Part shown: positions 31,216-32,000 of the stretch, in pieces
How positions within the stretch are numbered: position 1 is the stretch's first letter
Layout of the letters: each line of letters begins with the position of its first letter
Source of the DNA: a cyanobacterium endosymbiont of Epithemia turgida isolate EtSB Lake Yunoko
Lineage (GTDB): Bacteria > Cyanobacteriota > Cyanobacteriia > Cyanobacteriales > Microcystaceae
Length of the DNA: 32,000 nucleotides
Assembly (NCBI RefSeq): GCF_000829235.1
Contig: NZ_AP012549.1
Span: 780,001-812,000 of the forward strand
Reading direction: 5' to 3'
Program-made: the position numbers and the translations under genes
Notes under the pieces: generated by a model
Databases searched by the model: none
The model's input: only the letters and a program-made list of their open reading frames with translations
What the model was told of the DNA's origin: nothing

Positions 31216-32000
31216 TACACATTGAGTATGGATCGGGTAAAGTCCTCAAGCGTTTTAAGCTGAGGTGATTTTTTATGTTGATCGCAACGCAACCATAATA
31301 AATATTCCAAGTTTCCTGCAGGTCCGGTAATAGGAGATTCAGTTAATCCTTGATAGGACCATCCCAGAGAACAAGCAGCTTGTAAAACTTGGTCAATAGC
31401 TTGGGCGTGATCTTTGGGGTTACGAACAACCCCTTTTTTTCCAACCCGCGACCGCCCTGCTTCAAACTGAGGTTTAACCAACAAAATGACTTCTTTGGGA
31501 ACCACTAATAAATTCCACAGGGGTTCTAATAATTTCGTTAAAGAGATAAAGGAAACATCCATTACCCCTAAGTCAGCTTGAGGACTGTTTCCATATAAAT
31601 CATCAGAGGTTAAATAACGGAAATTAGTTCTTTCTTTCAAAATAACGCGCTCGTCTCGACGTAAACGCCATGCCACTTGTCCATAACCTACATCCACTCC
31701 ATAAATCTGTTTTGCCCCAGCCTGCAATAAACAATCAGTAAATCCACCGGTAGAAATACCGCCATCTAGACAAATTCGCCCTGATATAGCTATCTTAAAA
31801 GTATTTACAGCTTTTTCGAGCTTAAAACCACCACGAGAAACATAACGGGCTTTAGCTTGTAGTTGAATGTCGGCTGTAATATCGACTCGGGTTCCTGGTT
31901 TATCAATAACTTGCTGATGTACCTTAACTTCTCCAGCTCGAATAAATCCTTGGGCTTCTTGACGGGAAGAACACAGGTTCTTATCAACTAATAAAATATC
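31212..32000 (-). CDS. tlyA: TlyA-family rRNA 2'-O-methyltransferase (partial, 5' end lies beyond the right edge)
   Basis: The track truncates it at 31727, but the same frame is open to position 32000. It reads DILLVDKNLCSSRQEAQGFIRAGEVKVHQQVIDKPGTRV...YVSRGGFKLEKA...CLDGGISTGGFTDCLLQAGAKQIYGVDVGYGQ, giving an S4-like N-domain followed by an FtsJ-like SAM motif. Confidence 0.88.
   Translation of the reverse strand, partial: DILLVDKNLCSSRQEAQGFIRAGEVKVHQQVIDKPGTRVDITADIQLQAKARYVSRGGFKLEKAVNTFKIAISGRICLDGGISTGGFTDCLLQAGAKQIYGVDVGYGQVAWRLRRDERVILKERTNFRYLTSDDLYGNSPQADLGVMDVSFISLTKLLEPLWNLLVVPKEVILLVKPQFEAGRSRVGKKGVVRNPKDHAQAIDQVLQAACSLGWSYQGLTESPITGPAGNLEYLLWLRCDQHKKSPQLKTLEDFTRSILNVY

Noticed and set aside
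31805-31987. 60-aa minus-strand ORF near the right edge
   Set aside because: It is out of frame with, and fully inside, the tlyA reading frame, which is open to the window edge and has clear TlyA homology.

Overview
The window is an AT-rich cyanobacterial chromosome segment. Three things support that: the protein set looks Chroococcales-like, there are two exact HIP1 octamers (GCGATCGC), and dnaE is split and ends in an N-intein.

Positions 1-12063 hold a compact, intact spc/alpha ribosomal-protein supercluster on the + strand: rplX (3' end), rplE, rpsH, rplF, rplR, rpsE, rplO, secY, adk, infA, rpmJ, rpsM, rpsK, rpoA, rplQ, truA, rplM, rpsI, rpmE, prfA. The cluster lacks rpsN, rpmD and rpsD, which I recall as usual for cyanobacteria. 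Two entries in the supplied ORF track need correcting, and one gene is missing from it. infA starts at TTG 5419, frr starts at GTG 19201, and rpmJ (37 aa) is absent because it is too short.

The remaining 20 kb carries housekeeping genes: a CDF metal exporter, dnaE-N with its intein, cysH, pyrH, frr, yggT/ycf19, an lpxB-related GT19 gene, an M20 amidohydrolase, mraY and tlyA. These are separated by abnormally long, ORF-free, very AT-rich spacers. Eight spacers longer than 150 nt sum to 8209 nt by coordinate arithmetic, and one of them is a 3.84 kb desert (23978-27817).

One spacer is still readable as a dead gene: a VOC/glyoxalase-family pseudogene with five in-frame stops and no frameshift (12085-12432). 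I found no tRNA or rRNA genes, CRISPR array, transposase, integrase, or recognisable defence or toxin module.

I do not see a discrete novel multi-gene system here. The strongest signal is substitution-driven gene erosion next to a preserved translation core, as expected for a reduced-genome (symbiont-like) cyanobacterium. That lineage reading is inference. A handful of unexplained perfect palindromes and hairpins sit in the spacers.
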